The notes: generated from the sequence alone by a model not told the origin. Numbered from the whole stretch's first letter, positions 29,191 through 40,405 are shown. The stretch is 63,804 bases of DNA, filler included, from a bacterium (GCA_037439705.1; 4 parts of 4 records of this genome joined end to end with filler, not necessarily neighbours in it); one strand, 5' to 3'. Numbers and translations are program-made.

Positions 29191-31158
29191 ATGAGGCCGC
29201 CATTTTATGAAATAACAATGATGAAAGCTAAATATCTTCCGGAAGATTTTCCTGCGGTAACATATGGTGAAAAAAAGATAACCTGGAAGACTCTCGGAAA
29301 AAGGGTAAACAAGCTCGGAAACGCTTTTAAAGAAATGGGATTAAAAAAGGGTGAAATATGTGCCCTTATGTTCTACAATCGTCCCGAATTTATTGAAACA
29401 TGCCTTGCAGTTCAGGCACTTGGGGCAATTCCAGTTACTGTAAATTACAGATATGTAAGTTCAGAACTGGAATATGTTCTTAACAACTGTGAGGCAAAAT
29501 TTTTTCTGTTTGATGGCGATTTAGCAGAAATAGTTGAGAGTGCCAGAAAGAACATTCCTTCTGTAAAAAATTATGTATGCAGAGGAAACAAATTATCATG
29601 GGCTGAAGATTATGAATCCCTCATAAAGAATTCGGAGAATAATGAAATCAAAACAGAGGTCACATACGATGACCCGTTGGTGATAATATATACAGGTGGG
29701 ACCACCGGAATGCCAAAAGGTGTAATTCTAACCTATGGAAATATACATGCAAATCAGGATTCCATTGCAGGATATCTAATTCACCTCCTTCCAAAATGGG
29801 AAGAAAAGGACAAAAAATTTTCAAGTCTGGAGAGGAAAATTCAGGGAGTTGGAAGAGACCTGTTCACCGCTGTAAACAAGATATTCTCCTCAAAATCCCT
29901 TGAAAATAAAGTGATCGTAATTCAGGTTGATAAAGAAAAAGGGGTAAAGTTTCCACCTGTCACCGCTGTAAAGGAAAATGGGGAAATAAAAATTTTTTCT
30001 TCTGCCCATCCGAATCCTGATATTGAGATGAGAATAAAAATTAAGGAAACATTGAGGGAGTTTTTCGGACTTGAGATTTACAGCTCATCACTCAAAGGGA
30101 AAATCAAGCTCTTTCCAATTCTTCTTAAAAAACAACTCAGTAAGGAAATAGAAACAAAAACAAAATTCTCGTTGAGACTTGCCATGGCAAAAGCAAACCT
30201 TGCTTCATACATACCACCTCCCAATTACCTCCTTATAGTTCCTCCTATGTTTCACCTTGCGAGCTTCGCAGTATGGCTCAATCACTGGAATTACCCCTTC
30301 GGCAGCATAATTTTTCCCTCCCAGAAAAGTTTTGACCCATTAGAAATCCTCCAACTCATAGAGCTTTATAAAGTCAATGAAGTTTTCATGGTTCCAACTA
30401 TGTGGAAAAGGGTTATTGAAAGCCTTTCTGTCAGATTCTATGACACATCCTCAGTAAAAATAGCGTTGAGTGGAGCAGCTGTTCTTCATGCAGATGTAAA
30501 AAAGGAAATCCTCTCCAGTTTTCCAAATGCCCTTCTTCTTGATGCATTCGGACAAACAGAAATGGCTCCTGTAACAACAGTCAGGGTTGATGCGGATGAA
30601 GAAACTCTGAAAGAAAGATGTGTGGGAAAGCCACTTCCCGGAGTGGAAGTAAAGATAGTTGGAGAAGATGGAAGAAAACTTCCTCCAGGAGAAGTAGGAG
30701 AAATATGGTATCGCTCGGAGAGTTTGATGAAGGGATATTTGAAAGATGAGAAGAAAACAAAAGAGGTCATCCTTGAAAATGGATGGTTCAAATCCGGTGA
30801 CCTCGGATACATGGGAAAGAACGGGGAGATTTATATTGTTGAAAGAAAGAGTGAGTGCATAAATACAGGAGGAGAAAAGGTCTATCCTGGAGAGGTAGAA
30901 GAAGTAATTGCCACACATCCTAAAGTGGCTCAGGTATGTGTAATTGGAATTCCTGATGAAACATGGGGAGAGATTGTTTCTGCACTTGTTGTCCTTAAAG
31001 AAGGTGAGACCTGTGATGAAGAAGAAATTATAAAGTGGTGTGATGGGAAAATAGCCTCATACAAAAAACCCAGGAAAGTAAAATTTGTGAGTGAATTGCC
31101 GATTTCTCCTGTTGGTAAGGTTCAGAGAAAGTTGGCAAAGGAAATGTTCAGGAAATAA
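29191..31158 (+). CDS. Acyl-CoA synthetase (AMP-forming) with a large internal insertion
   Basis: YTGGTTGMPKG, FGQTE, GWFKSGDLG, GGEKVYP, GKV; AAGGAG RBS supports ATG 29191. Confidence 0.9.
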   Translation: MRPPFYEITMMKAKYLPEDFPAVTYGEKKITWKTLGKRVNKLGNAFKEMGLKKGEICALMFYNRPEFIETCLAVQALGAIPVTVNYRYVSSELEYVLNNCEAKFFLFDGDLAEIVESARKNIPSVKNYVCRGNKLSWAEDYESLIKNSENNEIKTEVTYDDPLVIIYTGGTTGMPKGVILTYGNIHANQDSIAGYLIHLLPKWEEKDKKFSSLERKIQGVGRDLFTAVNKIFSSKSLENKVIVIQVDKEKGVKFPPVTAVKENGEIKIFSSAHPNPDIEMRIKIKETLREFFGLEIYSSSLKGKIKLFPILLKKQLSKEIETKTKFSLRLAMAKANLASYIPPPNYLLIVPPMFHLASFAVWLNHWNYPFGSIIFPSQKSFDPLEILQLIELYKVNEVFMVPTMWKRVIESLSVRFYDTSSVKIALSGAAVLHADVKKEILSSFPNALLLDAFGQTEMAPVTTVRVDADEETLKERCVGKPLPGVEVKIVGEDGRKLPPGEVGEIWYRSESLMKGYLKDEKKTKEVILENGWFKSGDLGYMGKNGEIYIVERKSECINTGGEKVYPGEVEEVIATHPKVAQVCVIGIPDETWGEIVSALVVLKEGETCDEEEIIKWCDGKIASYKKPRKVKFVSELPISPVGKVQRKLAKEMFRK

Positions 31159-31266
31159 AAATCCTGGTTTGAACCTCCGCCCTGACCTGTGGAATGGTGA
31201 AAATTTCTTGTTATAATTTTATGACGGAATGGATAACAATTTTCATAGCAGGAGCGATTGGTTTAA

Positions 31267-31829
31267 TGAAACTTGCACGCGGAGATAAAGCACCCAAATT
31301 CAGTGCCACTGATGTGCATGGAAATTCCTTCTCCATTGAGGCGGCGCTAAAAAACCACAATCTCGCAATTTTTTTCTTGAGATATATAGGTTGTGCCTTC
31401 TGTCAGGTTGAAATAATAGAGGTAAAAAAGAAGGAAGGGGAATTCAAAAGAAGAAACATTTATCCTGTATTTGTTGTGAACAGTGAAAGAAAAGTTCTAA
31501 AAAACTACATTGAAAAGAAACCAGAACTCAATTTTACCTTCATTCCAGATGTAGAACTTAACCTATACAAACTTTATCACCTCAATATAGATGGAGGTAT
31601 AAAAAGTATAGTTTCATGGAATGTACTTAAGAAATTCTTAAAGTTTATATGGAAGGATATAAAAGACTACAAAGGGATATCAAAAGGGTTAGAGGGAGCA
31701 CATTACCTTCTGCCAGCCTGCTTTGGAATTAACATGGATGGAATAATAGTTTATTCTCATTATGGAAAAGATATAACAGATGGCTGTAAAATAGACGAAC
31801 TTTTGAAGGCATTTTCAGACAATCTGTAA
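31267..31829 (+). CDS. Peroxiredoxin-like AhpC/TSA-family protein
   Basis: GDKAPKF, FLRYIGCAFC, LPACF; start uncertain (31221 or 31267). Confidence 0.75.
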
Positions 31830-31899
31830 AGGGATTATTTTAACGAAAAATTTGCACAAGTTAAACCTGTAAATTATCACAAACTTTTTTCACAACTCC

Positions 31900-33099
31900 T
31901 CACACAATCCCCTCTTTTTTCAGGAATTCAAGTTCCGAGGGAGAAAGTCCGAGAAGTTTTAAATAAACCTATTCGTTGTGTTCTCCAAGCTCAGGGGCGG
32001 GGGTTTTAACCTTTCCGGGCGTTTCTGTAAGAACGACAGGAACGCCTGGCACACCTATTTTTCCAAACCTTTTGTGTTCAACCTCATTGAGCATTCCCCT
32101 TGCTTTCAGTTGAGGGTCATCAAGAAGGGTCTGTGCTGTATTAACCTCTCCACAGGGAACCCTTGCTTTATCAAGTTCTGCAGTAACTTCTTTGACCGTT
32201 CTCTCTCCTACCCATTGCTGAATTTCATTTATTAAAAATTCCGAGTTTTTAACCCTTTCGGGAAGAAAGGCGTATTTTTCTCCAAGTTCAGGCTTTCCAA
32301 TCACTTCCATAAGTTTTCTCCATTGCTTATCCATAAGGGCAACAATAACCACATATCCGTCCTTTGCTTTATAAACATTCCAGAACGCAACCCGCCTGTT
32401 CTCATCCATAAGGCTTTCCGGAGTTATTCCGAACTGTCCCATCACCTCCTCTGTAAGTTCTGCTCCAAATGCCCTCCTTATCTGGGTTCTGTAATTGTGA
32501 AAGTACATCACATCCTGCATTGATATATCAACCATCTGCCCTTTTCCAGTTTTTGACCTCGCTATAAGTGCTGTAAGGATTCCTATTGCCAAGTAAGCAC
32601 CACTCACAAGGTCTGCAAAAAATACGGTTGGAGTCTTGTCGGGTCTTCTCATAGCATCCATAATTCCACCCGTAGCCTGTCCTATTATGTCAAAAGCCTG
32701 TCTGAAGGAATATGGACCCGTGTAACCAAAACCAGAAATGGAGCCATAAATGAGCAAGGGATTTATTCTGGAAAGTTCTTTATATCCTATTCCATATCTG
32801 TCAAGAACCCCTGGAGTATAGTTTTCCACAAACACATCCGCCTTTTCAACGAGTTTTTTCAGAATTTCTGCTCCCTTTTCCGTGAAGAAATTAAGTGTAA
32901 TGCCCTTTTTGTTCCTGTTTATAACAGAATAGCCCCTTTCGGTCTTTGGATTAAAAGCCATAAGTATTCTCAGAGCCTCTCCCTGTGGTGGTTCTACTTT
33001 TATCACCTCGGCACCGAGGTCTGCAAGTATCTGCGTGCACCTCGGTCCTGAAAGGTATTGTGAAACATCAATAACCCTTATTCCTTCAAGTGGTTCCAT
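31900..33099 (-). CDS. Family III CoA-transferase (CaiB/BaiF), in-frame TAG at 31969-31971 near the C-terminus
   Basis: PLEGIRVID, LADLGAEVIKVE, NRNKK, ADVFVEN; frame continues past TAG as VYLKLLGLSPSELEFLKKEGIV. Confidence 0.9.
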
Positions 33100-33100
33100 T

Positions 33101-34429
33101 TCAACCTCCCAGTGCCTTAATTATTATCTCATTCACATTTATCTTTGCCTTCAAAAATTTTCCAAGTCCGAGAAGCAAACCCATAACCCTTCCCATAAGT
33201 AGAAAATCGGATGGAATTTTCACAAGGGGGTATTTTCTAACAAGTTCAAGGATTTCGGAAGAAATCTCCTGAATGTTCAAGTTTCTTGGATTTCTGTATA
33301 CTACCTGAGGAGCATATTTCACCACTATATCAGCAAACTTTTTGAATCCCTCTGTGCCTCCGTTTACCGCTGAAAAACCTATCTCCTTAAAGGCGAGAGC
33401 AAGTTCTTCCGGATTCCTTTCTGCGACCGCCCTTGCCATTCTTCCAAATCCATTTATGGCTTCCCTTTTGACTTCCCTTGAAAGACCAAAATCAAGAAGG
33501 GCAATTCTTCCATCCCTCAGGACAAATATGTTTCCGGGATGCGGGTCAGCCTGAAAGAATCCTTTTGAGAATATCATCCTGAAGTAAAGGTCAAGAACCT
33601 TTTTCATAACCTCTTCCTTTTTTATTCCGAGTTCTTCATAGGAAGCATAATCAGTAACCTTTATTCCATTTATGTATTCAAGGGTTAAAACCCTCTTTGT
33701 CGTGAACTTCCATATAACTCGCGGGACAACAACCCACTCTATATCCTTAAAATCCTCCTTAATCCTTTCTGCATTCTTTCCCTCGTTTATGTAGTCAAGC
33801 TCAAGAAAAACGAATTCCTTAAACTCTTCAAGGAGAATCTTCCACTGAAGGTTCCTTCTGAAGATTCCGAAAAATTTTAAGATAATTCTGAGCACCTTGA
33901 GGTCGGTCTCAACAATTTTCTCTATTCCTGGATATTGAACCTTTACTGCTACCACAAGACCATTTTTAAGTTTTGCTCTGTGAACCTGTCCAAGTGAGGC
34001 TGAAGCAATTGGTTCTTTTTCAAAGTCAGAAAATATGTTTTCTATATCTCCAAGTTCCTCTCTCAACCTTCTTTCTATTTCTTTAAAATCATGAGGAGGA
34101 ACCTGATCCTGCAACTTTGAAAGCTCTTTTGTATAGGGACGGGGAAGGAGGTCAACCCTCATGCTCAAAAACTGCCCTACCTTTATGAAAAGCCCCCTGA
34201 GTTTCAGTATGGTTCTGTAAAGGAGAATCGCATTTTTTGTGTGATGGTTTAAAGCAAATTCTTTAAACCTTTCTCTTCCCAGAAAAGGTCTTATCACTTT
34301 CAGAAGAAAGTTTATTCTTAACCATATATAAATCACAACAAGCAAACAATAATAGAGCCTCAAACGGGGGTTCTTCTCAAAACTGAATTTTTCCTTGAAA
34401 TTAAACTTCTTTATTATAATATAGGACAT
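33101..34429 (-). CDS. ABC1/UbiB/AarF-family atypical kinase
   Basis: FIKVGQ, LQDQVPP, ASASLGQVH, VKVQYP, ADPHPGN, LLDFG. Confidence 0.93.
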   Translation of the reverse strand: MSYIIIKKFNFKEKFSFEKNPRLRLYYCLLVVIYIWLRINFLLKVIRPFLGRERFKEFALNHHTKNAILLYRTILKLRGLFIKVGQFLSMRVDLLPRPYTKELSKLQDQVPPHDFKEIERRLREELGDIENIFSDFEKEPIASASLGQVHRAKLKNGLVVAVKVQYPGIEKIVETDLKVLRIILKFFGIFRRNLQWKILLEEFKEFVFLELDYINEGKNAERIKEDFKDIEWVVVPRVIWKFTTKRVLTLEYINGIKVTDYASYEELGIKKEEVMKKVLDLYFRMIFSKGFFQADPHPGNIFVLRDGRIALLDFGLSREVKREAINGFGRMARAVAERNPEELALAFKEIGFSAVNGGTEGFKKFADIVVKYAPQVVYRNPRNLNIQEISSEILELVRKYPLVKIPSDFLLMGRVMGLLLGLGKFLKAKINVNEIIIKALGG

Positions 34430-34476
34430 TTGATACTATAGTAATAAATGGAAGAAAAAATGTCAAGGAGGAAAGG

Positions 34477-34973
34477 ATGTATAAACCAACATTAAAATTT
34501 CCCTTTCAAATCAAAACAAAGATAATTTATGGACAGGGAAGCATGAAGGAATTGAAGATTGAAATGGATGGGAAAGGAAAAAAAAGGGCTTTGATTGTCA
34601 CCGATGAATTTCTCTACAAAAACACAAATTTCATAACACATGCGGAAGAAATCCTCGGAAATTACTTGGTAGATGTATTTAGCGAAGTTCAGCCCGATTC
34701 TTCCTTTGAAATTGTGGATAAAGGTGCAAAAATTGCTGAAGAGAAAAAAATTGATACGGTGATAAGCATAGGAGGTGGAAGCAGTATTGATACCGCAAAA
34801 GGAATATGTGCTGTACTTTCAACCGGAAAATCCATCAAAGAACTGATGGGTTTTGGAGGAGTGGGAAGTTCAAAAATTTTTCATATCGCTGTTCCAACCA
34901 CTGCAGGAACTGGAAGTGAGGCAACATCAATGGCGGTTATAAAAGATAGAACAAGTGGAAAAAAACTTGTGGT
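34477..34973 (+). CDS. Iron-containing alcohol dehydrogenase, N-terminal part
   Basis: GGGSSIDTAK, PTTAGTGSE; truncated by the gap. Confidence 0.9.
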
Positions 34974-35073
34974 NNNNNNNNNNNNNNNNNNNNNNNNNNN
35001 NNNNNNNNNNNNNNNNNTTAATTAATTAANNNNNNNNNNNNNNNNNNNNNNNNNNNNNNNNNNNNNNNNNNNN
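34974..35073. other. Artificial contig linker
   Basis: N44-TTAATTAATTAA-N44. Confidence 0.97.
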
Positions 35074-35074
35074 A

Positions 35075-36283
35075 TACAGAGAGTATGACCTTCCTGAAAT
35101 AGGTGGAACATCAAAAGGAATATACGGGTTTGGCACTTCCTATTTGAGGGAAAGAAGAACAGAAATTTACGACCTGATGAATGTCCCGCCTTTTCTGTTC
35201 TATGTAAAAGATGAAAAAGAGGATGGAGAGGTTGAGGTTCTCGCTCAATCTTTTTATATTTTTGGAGGCATAAGTTATTCTTTCTCAGAGAAATTTGCCA
35301 TATCTCCAAACCTCCTTGTTGGATACCAGAACTCCTCAATTGACGGGGAAGGAATATACGAAAACAAAAAATACCTTAATGATGCAGACGAAATATATTC
35401 AGAGGCTTATACATCAGCATCATCCATAAATTCTTCGAGCCCGATTTTTGGAACAGCAGTAAAGTTTTATTTGAAACCCGGAGAGCATGAGGTCATACTT
35501 GATGTGGGTTATTTGAGATTCCCTCAAAAGATATCGGATGGAAAAGCAGAAGAAAACCTTTCTATAAAAAAAGAAGAAATAATTGAAAGGTCTGAAGAGG
35601 TTAATGGAGAATACTCGGGCGGATGGATGGATTCAAGAAGCAGATTTGTAATAAATTTAAGGGACACTTACAAAGGATGGAAAAGGATAAAAATAGGTTA
35701 TGGAATTGAATATGTGAGGGAAAAAACCACATATCAAAAGGGAAAAATTCAATATTCTTATAGCCTGAGGGAGATATTCAACGATGGAGATGAGGAAGTA
35801 GCAGACCCTGATGATTATGAAAAGACAGCGTCTGCAAAAATGGGGAGAAAAATCATGGATACATTGCTCGTTCAGGAGGTGGGCATTCCAATTGCTGTAA
35901 TAATGGACCTCGGAGGAGGTTTTGAAATCCTTGCAGGAGTGAAGCACATAATAAAAAAAACTGAAATAATGAAGGGTTCGCTTATTTCTGGTGAAGTGCT
36001 TCAGTATTCCCAGAAGACCGTTTATGGAGATGGAAGGATTGAGTATTCAAACGAACTTCCTCCTGAACTTGAAGGAAAATGGCTTGACAGAAATAGCACC
36101 ACATACGAATCCCTTGAACAGGGGCAGAAAACAGAAAGCATAACAAGAATAAGGTTTGGAATATCAATAAACAGGTTTGAAAATCTTCTCATTGAATTCA
36201 TGGTAGATACAGGGACAGGAGATGGAATGCATTCCGCACTGGACCTGACAAAATTTTATCTTTCAGGAATCTTCATCTTCTGA
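35075..36283 (+). CDS. Probable outer-membrane beta-barrel, 5'-truncated
   Basis: Frame open from contig edge (YREYDLPEIGG...), amphipathic strands, C-terminal LSGIFIF. Confidence 0.6.
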   Translation, partial: YREYDLPEIGGTSKGIYGFGTSYLRERRTEIYDLMNVPPFLFYVKDEKEDGEVEVLAQSFYIFGGISYSFSEKFAISPNLLVGYQNSSIDGEGIYENKKYLNDADEIYSEAYTSASSINSSSPIFGTAVKFYLKPGEHEVILDVGYLRFPQKISDGKAEENLSIKKEEIIERSEEVNGEYSGGWMDSRSRFVINLRDTYKGWKRIKIGYGIEYVREKTTYQKGKIQYSYSLREIFNDGDEEVADPDDYEKTASAKMGRKIMDTLLVQEVGIPIAVIMDLGGGFEILAGVKHIIKKTEIMKGSLISGEVLQYSQKTVYGDGRIEYSNELPPELEGKWLDRNSTTYESLEQGQKTESITRIRFGISINRFENLLIEFMVDTGTGDGMHSALDLTKFYLSGIFIF

Positions 36284-37626
36284 TGAGAAAATACATACTC
36301 ATAATTCTTTTATTACTCCTTTCCTGCAGTGAAAGAGAAGAATTAAAGACAAAGCTCCAGGAGTTTTTGCCAGCAGAAGAACCCTCCCTTTTAACAATTC
36401 TTTCCGATCCAGCAGATTCAATAATACCGCTTCCGGGCGGTATTTTTATCATAAAAGTAGAGTTTTCAAAACCAGTTGACCCATCATCCCTTTCAGGGAA
36501 CATTCTCGTCCATCCTGTTATTGGCGACACTCAGGATGGTGAAAACAGAATGGGAGATGGAGTAGTTCTAAAAAACTGGTCGTTGAGCGATGATAAAAAA
36601 AACCTTTTCATTTCTCTATCGTTGCAAGACGGTGAATATATCCTCCATCTCAAAAAAGAGATAAAAAGCATTGACGGAAAAAATCTTGACGGGATATGCG
36701 ATTTTAAGGATGAAACATCTGATGCCTATTCTTCCGGATTTTCCACAGGAGGAGAGGAAACCTTTGTTACAAAGGCATTCTGTAAAGCAAATCCATTTAT
36801 TTCATATCTTGGACCTGTTGGAGGAGGAATGGAATTTAAAGACCACAGCGGATGTTCCGGAAAGGTAAACCTGGGATTTCCCACGCAACTTGATTTTGAG
36901 CTGAGGTTCTCCTTTCCAACAGGAACGACGAGCAATTATTTCCTCTCAAAAGAAGTCGGCAGAAATATAGAAATGATTGACCTCACAACGGACGAAAGAG
37001 TCCCCATTTATTTCTCCCTTGACAACAGAATAACATGGAAGGATGACATTGAAAAATTTGAAATTGAAAATATCACGAATGATTTCCCGGTTTACATAAG
37101 ACCGCAAAACCTATCCCCCCTTCACAGGTTCGCCATAAAGATAAACCGCTTTGAAGATTTGAAGGACAGATATGAGCTCCCTTTTTCCGATGAACACCCT
37201 GACGAGGATATGATTTATGAAGTATGTTTTACCACCGCTGGGATTTCAAGCACACTGAGGGTTAAAGAAATAACAATTGAAAGAAAGGATGGATACATAT
37301 CAGAAATGAAAATAACCTTTCTGACCCCTGACCCTGGAAGCGATAAAATGGACGAAGAAACAATTATTCCTCAAAACTTTTCCATAATGAATTCAAAATT
37401 TGAAAGTATTCCTTTTAAACTTGAACTCCACAGGGAAGTTATATTCATGCAGGAGGTTGATGTGGTTCTTTTGAGAATTCCAGAAGGATATTTAGGAGCA
37501 GATGAACCATTTGGGCTCAAAATAAGTTACAGGGTATCGGATGAAAGAGGAAATACTTTAGACGGAAATGAAGACGGATATATTGAAGAAAACGGCAATG
37601 ATGATTATCTGAGGATTTTTCAATGA
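36283..37626 (+). CDS. Lipoprotein with Ig-like (Big_5/SbsA-like) domains
   Basis: LLLSC lipobox, VEFSKPVDPSS, IKSIDGKNLDG, DGNEDG. Confidence 0.7.
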   Translation: MRKYILIILLLLLSCSEREELKTKLQEFLPAEEPSLLTILSDPADSIIPLPGGIFIIKVEFSKPVDPSSLSGNILVHPVIGDTQDGENRMGDGVVLKNWSLSDDKKNLFISLSLQDGEYILHLKKEIKSIDGKNLDGICDFKDETSDAYSSGFSTGGEETFVTKAFCKANPFISYLGPVGGGMEFKDHSGCSGKVNLGFPTQLDFELRFSFPTGTTSNYFLSKEVGRNIEMIDLTTDERVPIYFSLDNRITWKDDIEKFEIENITNDFPVYIRPQNLSPLHRFAIKINRFEDLKDRYELPFSDEHPDEDMIYEVCFTTAGISSTLRVKEITIERKDGYISEMKITFLTPDPGSDKMDEETIIPQNFSIMNSKFESIPFKLELHREVIFMQEVDVVLLRIPEGYLGADEPFGLKISYRVSDERGNTLDGNEDGYIEENGNDDYLRIFQ

Positions 37627-39317
37627 AAAGGATTTTTGCAATAATTCTTTTATTAACTGCCTGCGAATCCCTTAAAGAGGAGGAGGCTATTTTTCCTCAA
37701 ATTCAGGGAAGAAATGAAGAACCTCCGTATGTGGTGGAATGTGAAACGGAGAGAGGAAATGCGGAAATAGACCCTTATGCACATATATGGAAGATAAAAA
37801 TCAGATTTTCAAAAAGCATGGATAAGGAATCAGTTGAAAAAAATATACTGGTGGGTGAGGCGGACGGGTTAAAGGAGGGGGTAAATAATATCGTAAATGA
37901 GATTATACCCAAAGAAATCTCATGGGACTACGATGGAACTGTCATGTTTCTTACAATTCAACTCTACTGGGGAAAATGGTTCTTTATAAAAATAGGGAAA
38001 GAAGCAAAAGATATTTATGGTAACTTTCTTGATGGAAGGGTATCAAAAGGCTCAAGACCGGATGATGACTTTTCATCAAGCCCGTCCGATTTTTACTCCC
38101 TTCCCTTCAGGGTAGGAGGTGCTTCAACAACGGTTCCATTATTAAAAGAAGGAATAATGACCCCGCTCCCTGGAAGGTTCACATATTCTCCATTCATAGA
38201 AAAGGTTAAAATTTTTCACAGGAAAGAGGTTGATGGTTTCTTCAGAGACAATTCCTACATTTCCCTTGACGGAATGTACGGAAAGGGAATAATACTCTAT
38301 CCGGATGAAGTATCATTCACCATATTTTTTAAGGTTCCATCAAAGGGGAAAATCTCTGCTCCAACCTTTTCTGCAAAAATTCTTGACCTATCAAAAAATA
38401 AAGAGATTCCACTGCTCTTCAGAAATGAGTCAACCGGGGAATGGTTTGAATATCCGGATGAACTATCCGATTTTACAAGCATATCTATAAAATCAGAAAC
38501 TTTAGAACCATCAACCTTTTACATGCTGAAGATAAACACGGATGAAAAACTTTCGGATGAATACGGAATAAAATTCGTGGACCTTCAAGAAGATGAAGAT
38601 AACCTCTACGCATTGTATTTCGCAACAAGTCCTATACCATTTTCTTCACCAGTTCCGCCATCCCTTCTCCTTTTCTCTCTTTCAGAGGGAGTTTACTCAT
38701 TTATAGTGCCCGATGGAGGTTTGTTTCACAGAATAGACCTTGAAAATCTATACCAGAAAATAAAAACCGATAAACTCTTAAGTTATGGAGAGGAATTATT
38801 TCCATCACCGAATGCTCCACATACCCCGACTTTGAGAACTGTTTTCAGAGGAGATGCCATAGAATTCTCCGACCAGATATCGGCAGGAGATGAAAGACTG
38901 GATACAGATGGAGATGGTATATCGGGCGGAAGATTCAGAAAATCAATTTCATCAACATCCATCCCTGTTCTTTTAGACCCGTATGAACCCGATGATACAA
39001 TTTTTCAGGCATATCCTTTAAGTTTAACATCTTCCTGTGAAGAAAATGAAAGACTCCTTCCAGCATGGGATACAGATTTTTTCTCCTTTTCACTTGAAGT
39101 CACATCAACAGTAAGCATTTCAAACCTCAACGGGATTGATATAGCAATAAGGCTCTATGATGAAAATTTGAAGCCTCTTAAAGAAGATATAAAAGGAGAA
39201 GGAGTTTCGGATGAAATTCCACCCGGAAAATATTACATTCAGGTAGTCCCTCAATACCCCCCTCTCTGGAATGAATACAACCCTCCCTTTTACATCCTGA
39301 AGGTCTGTAATCAATAA
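37623..39317 (+). CDS. Lipoprotein with Ig-like domains and C-terminal PPC-like domain
   Basis: LLTAC lipobox, IRFSKSMD, KDIYGNFLDG, DTDGDG, DPYEPDD...DTDFF...PGKYYIQV. Confidence 0.7.
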   Translation: MKRIFAIILLLTACESLKEEEAIFPQIQGRNEEPPYVVECETERGNAEIDPYAHIWKIKIRFSKSMDKESVEKNILVGEADGLKEGVNNIVNEIIPKEISWDYDGTVMFLTIQLYWGKWFFIKIGKEAKDIYGNFLDGRVSKGSRPDDDFSSSPSDFYSLPFRVGGASTTVPLLKEGIMTPLPGRFTYSPFIEKVKIFHRKEVDGFFRDNSYISLDGMYGKGIILYPDEVSFTIFFKVPSKGKISAPTFSAKILDLSKNKEIPLLFRNESTGEWFEYPDELSDFTSISIKSETLEPSTFYMLKINTDEKLSDEYGIKFVDLQEDEDNLYALYFATSPIPFSSPVPPSLLLFSLSEGVYSFIVPDGGLFHRIDLENLYQKIKTDKLLSYGEELFPSPNAPHTPTLRTVFRGDAIEFSDQISAGDERLDTDGDGISGGRFRKSISSTSIPVLLDPYEPDDTIFQAYPLSLTSSCEENERLLPAWDTDFFSFSLEVTSTVSISNLNGIDIAIRLYDENLKPLKEDIKGEGVSDEIPPGKYYIQVVPQYPPLWNEYNPPFYILKVCNQ

Positions 39318-40405
39318 CTGCTACAATACAGCCTTATTGCTGAACAGGCTCCACATCTTAAACATCCTGCCCTGAAATTTTCAGGATTCAATTTAAAAAG
39401 ATGAAGAATTTCTGCTGTTCTTTCGTAAAGCATCTTCATCCTTTCCGGCTCAGGTGGAGTAAATTTTTCATAAAAAGGCGTCCCCGGAATTGGTCTAAAT
39501 GGAACTAAAAAAGGAAATACACCGATAGAAGAAAGCATTTTTATCCCGTTCAGCGTCTTTTTCAAATCCTCTCCAAAACCTATTATTACAAAACTTGAAA
39601 CCTGCCCCCATCCAAACACCTCAACCCCCTTTTCCCAGTTCCTCAAAAAATTTTTCAAACCAATATCACTTTTCCATGGAGAGATTATCTTCAAAACATC
39701 CTCATCAAGGGTTTCTATGTGAATAGCTATTGTATCAACTCCCATATCCTTTATTTCTTCAAAAATTTTAACATCATCTACAGGAGAAAACTGAATGTGA
39801 ACATTGAGACCAGCCTTTCTTGCATAATTCCCAGCACGGGCAAGGCTCAAAACCTCTTTCCTTCTATCTTTCTGTGTTCCTGTGGTTATCGTTATATGCT
39901 TGACCCCATCCAGCATGGAGGCTGTTTTTGCTGTGATGTATATCTCTTCTGGCTTTTTAAAGGGAATGGTCTTATTATCTTTTAAAGATATCCCTATACC
40001 GCAAAACTTACATCCTTCATCTTTTCCGTAGTGAACGCAGGTCTGAAAAATGGTTGTTCCTATACAATCCTTACCGTGAAGAAGGGCTATCTTCCAGAAA
40101 GGCACTCCCTCCTCGGTTTTGAATCTGTAATAATGTGGTTCCCCTCTCATTTTGACCTTTAACCCTGTATCAATTCCATTTTTGAAGATTTTCAAAATCT
40201 CTCCTTCATTTTTCAAAGTAAAAGGAGAACTGGAAACATAGTGTGAATAAAACGGAATGTTAACAGGAATTTCCTCCCCATCTCTTACAATCAGCAGGGT
40301 AATTCCCTCAGATGGTCCTGCTCCACCCTTCCTTCCCGATATTTCCACATCGCTCTTTAACCCGTAGGACTGAAGTTCTACAATGATATCCTTTAGGTCC
40401 ATCAT
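39311..40405 (-). CDS. Radical SAM protein, MSMEG_0568-like family
   Basis: RKGGAGPS, KIALLHGKD, QTCx8CKFC, GQVSS, VPFRP, C-terminal GCLRCGAC. Confidence 0.8.
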   Translation of the reverse strand: MMDLKDIIVELQSYGLKSDVEISGRKGGAGPSEGITLLIVRDGEEIPVNIPFYSHYVSSSPFTLKNEGEILKIFKNGIDTGLKVKMRGEPHYYRFKTEEGVPFWKIALLHGKDCIGTTIFQTCVHYGKDEGCKFCGIGISLKDNKTIPFKKPEEIYITAKTASMLDGVKHITITTGTQKDRRKEVLSLARAGNYARKAGLNVHIQFSPVDDVKIFEEIKDMGVDTIAIHIETLDEDVLKIISPWKSDIGLKNFLRNWEKGVEVFGWGQVSSFVIIGFGEDLKKTLNGIKMLSSIGVFPFLVPFRPIPGTPFYEKFTPPEPERMKMLYERTAEILHLFKLNPENFRAGCLRCGACSAIRLYCSSY

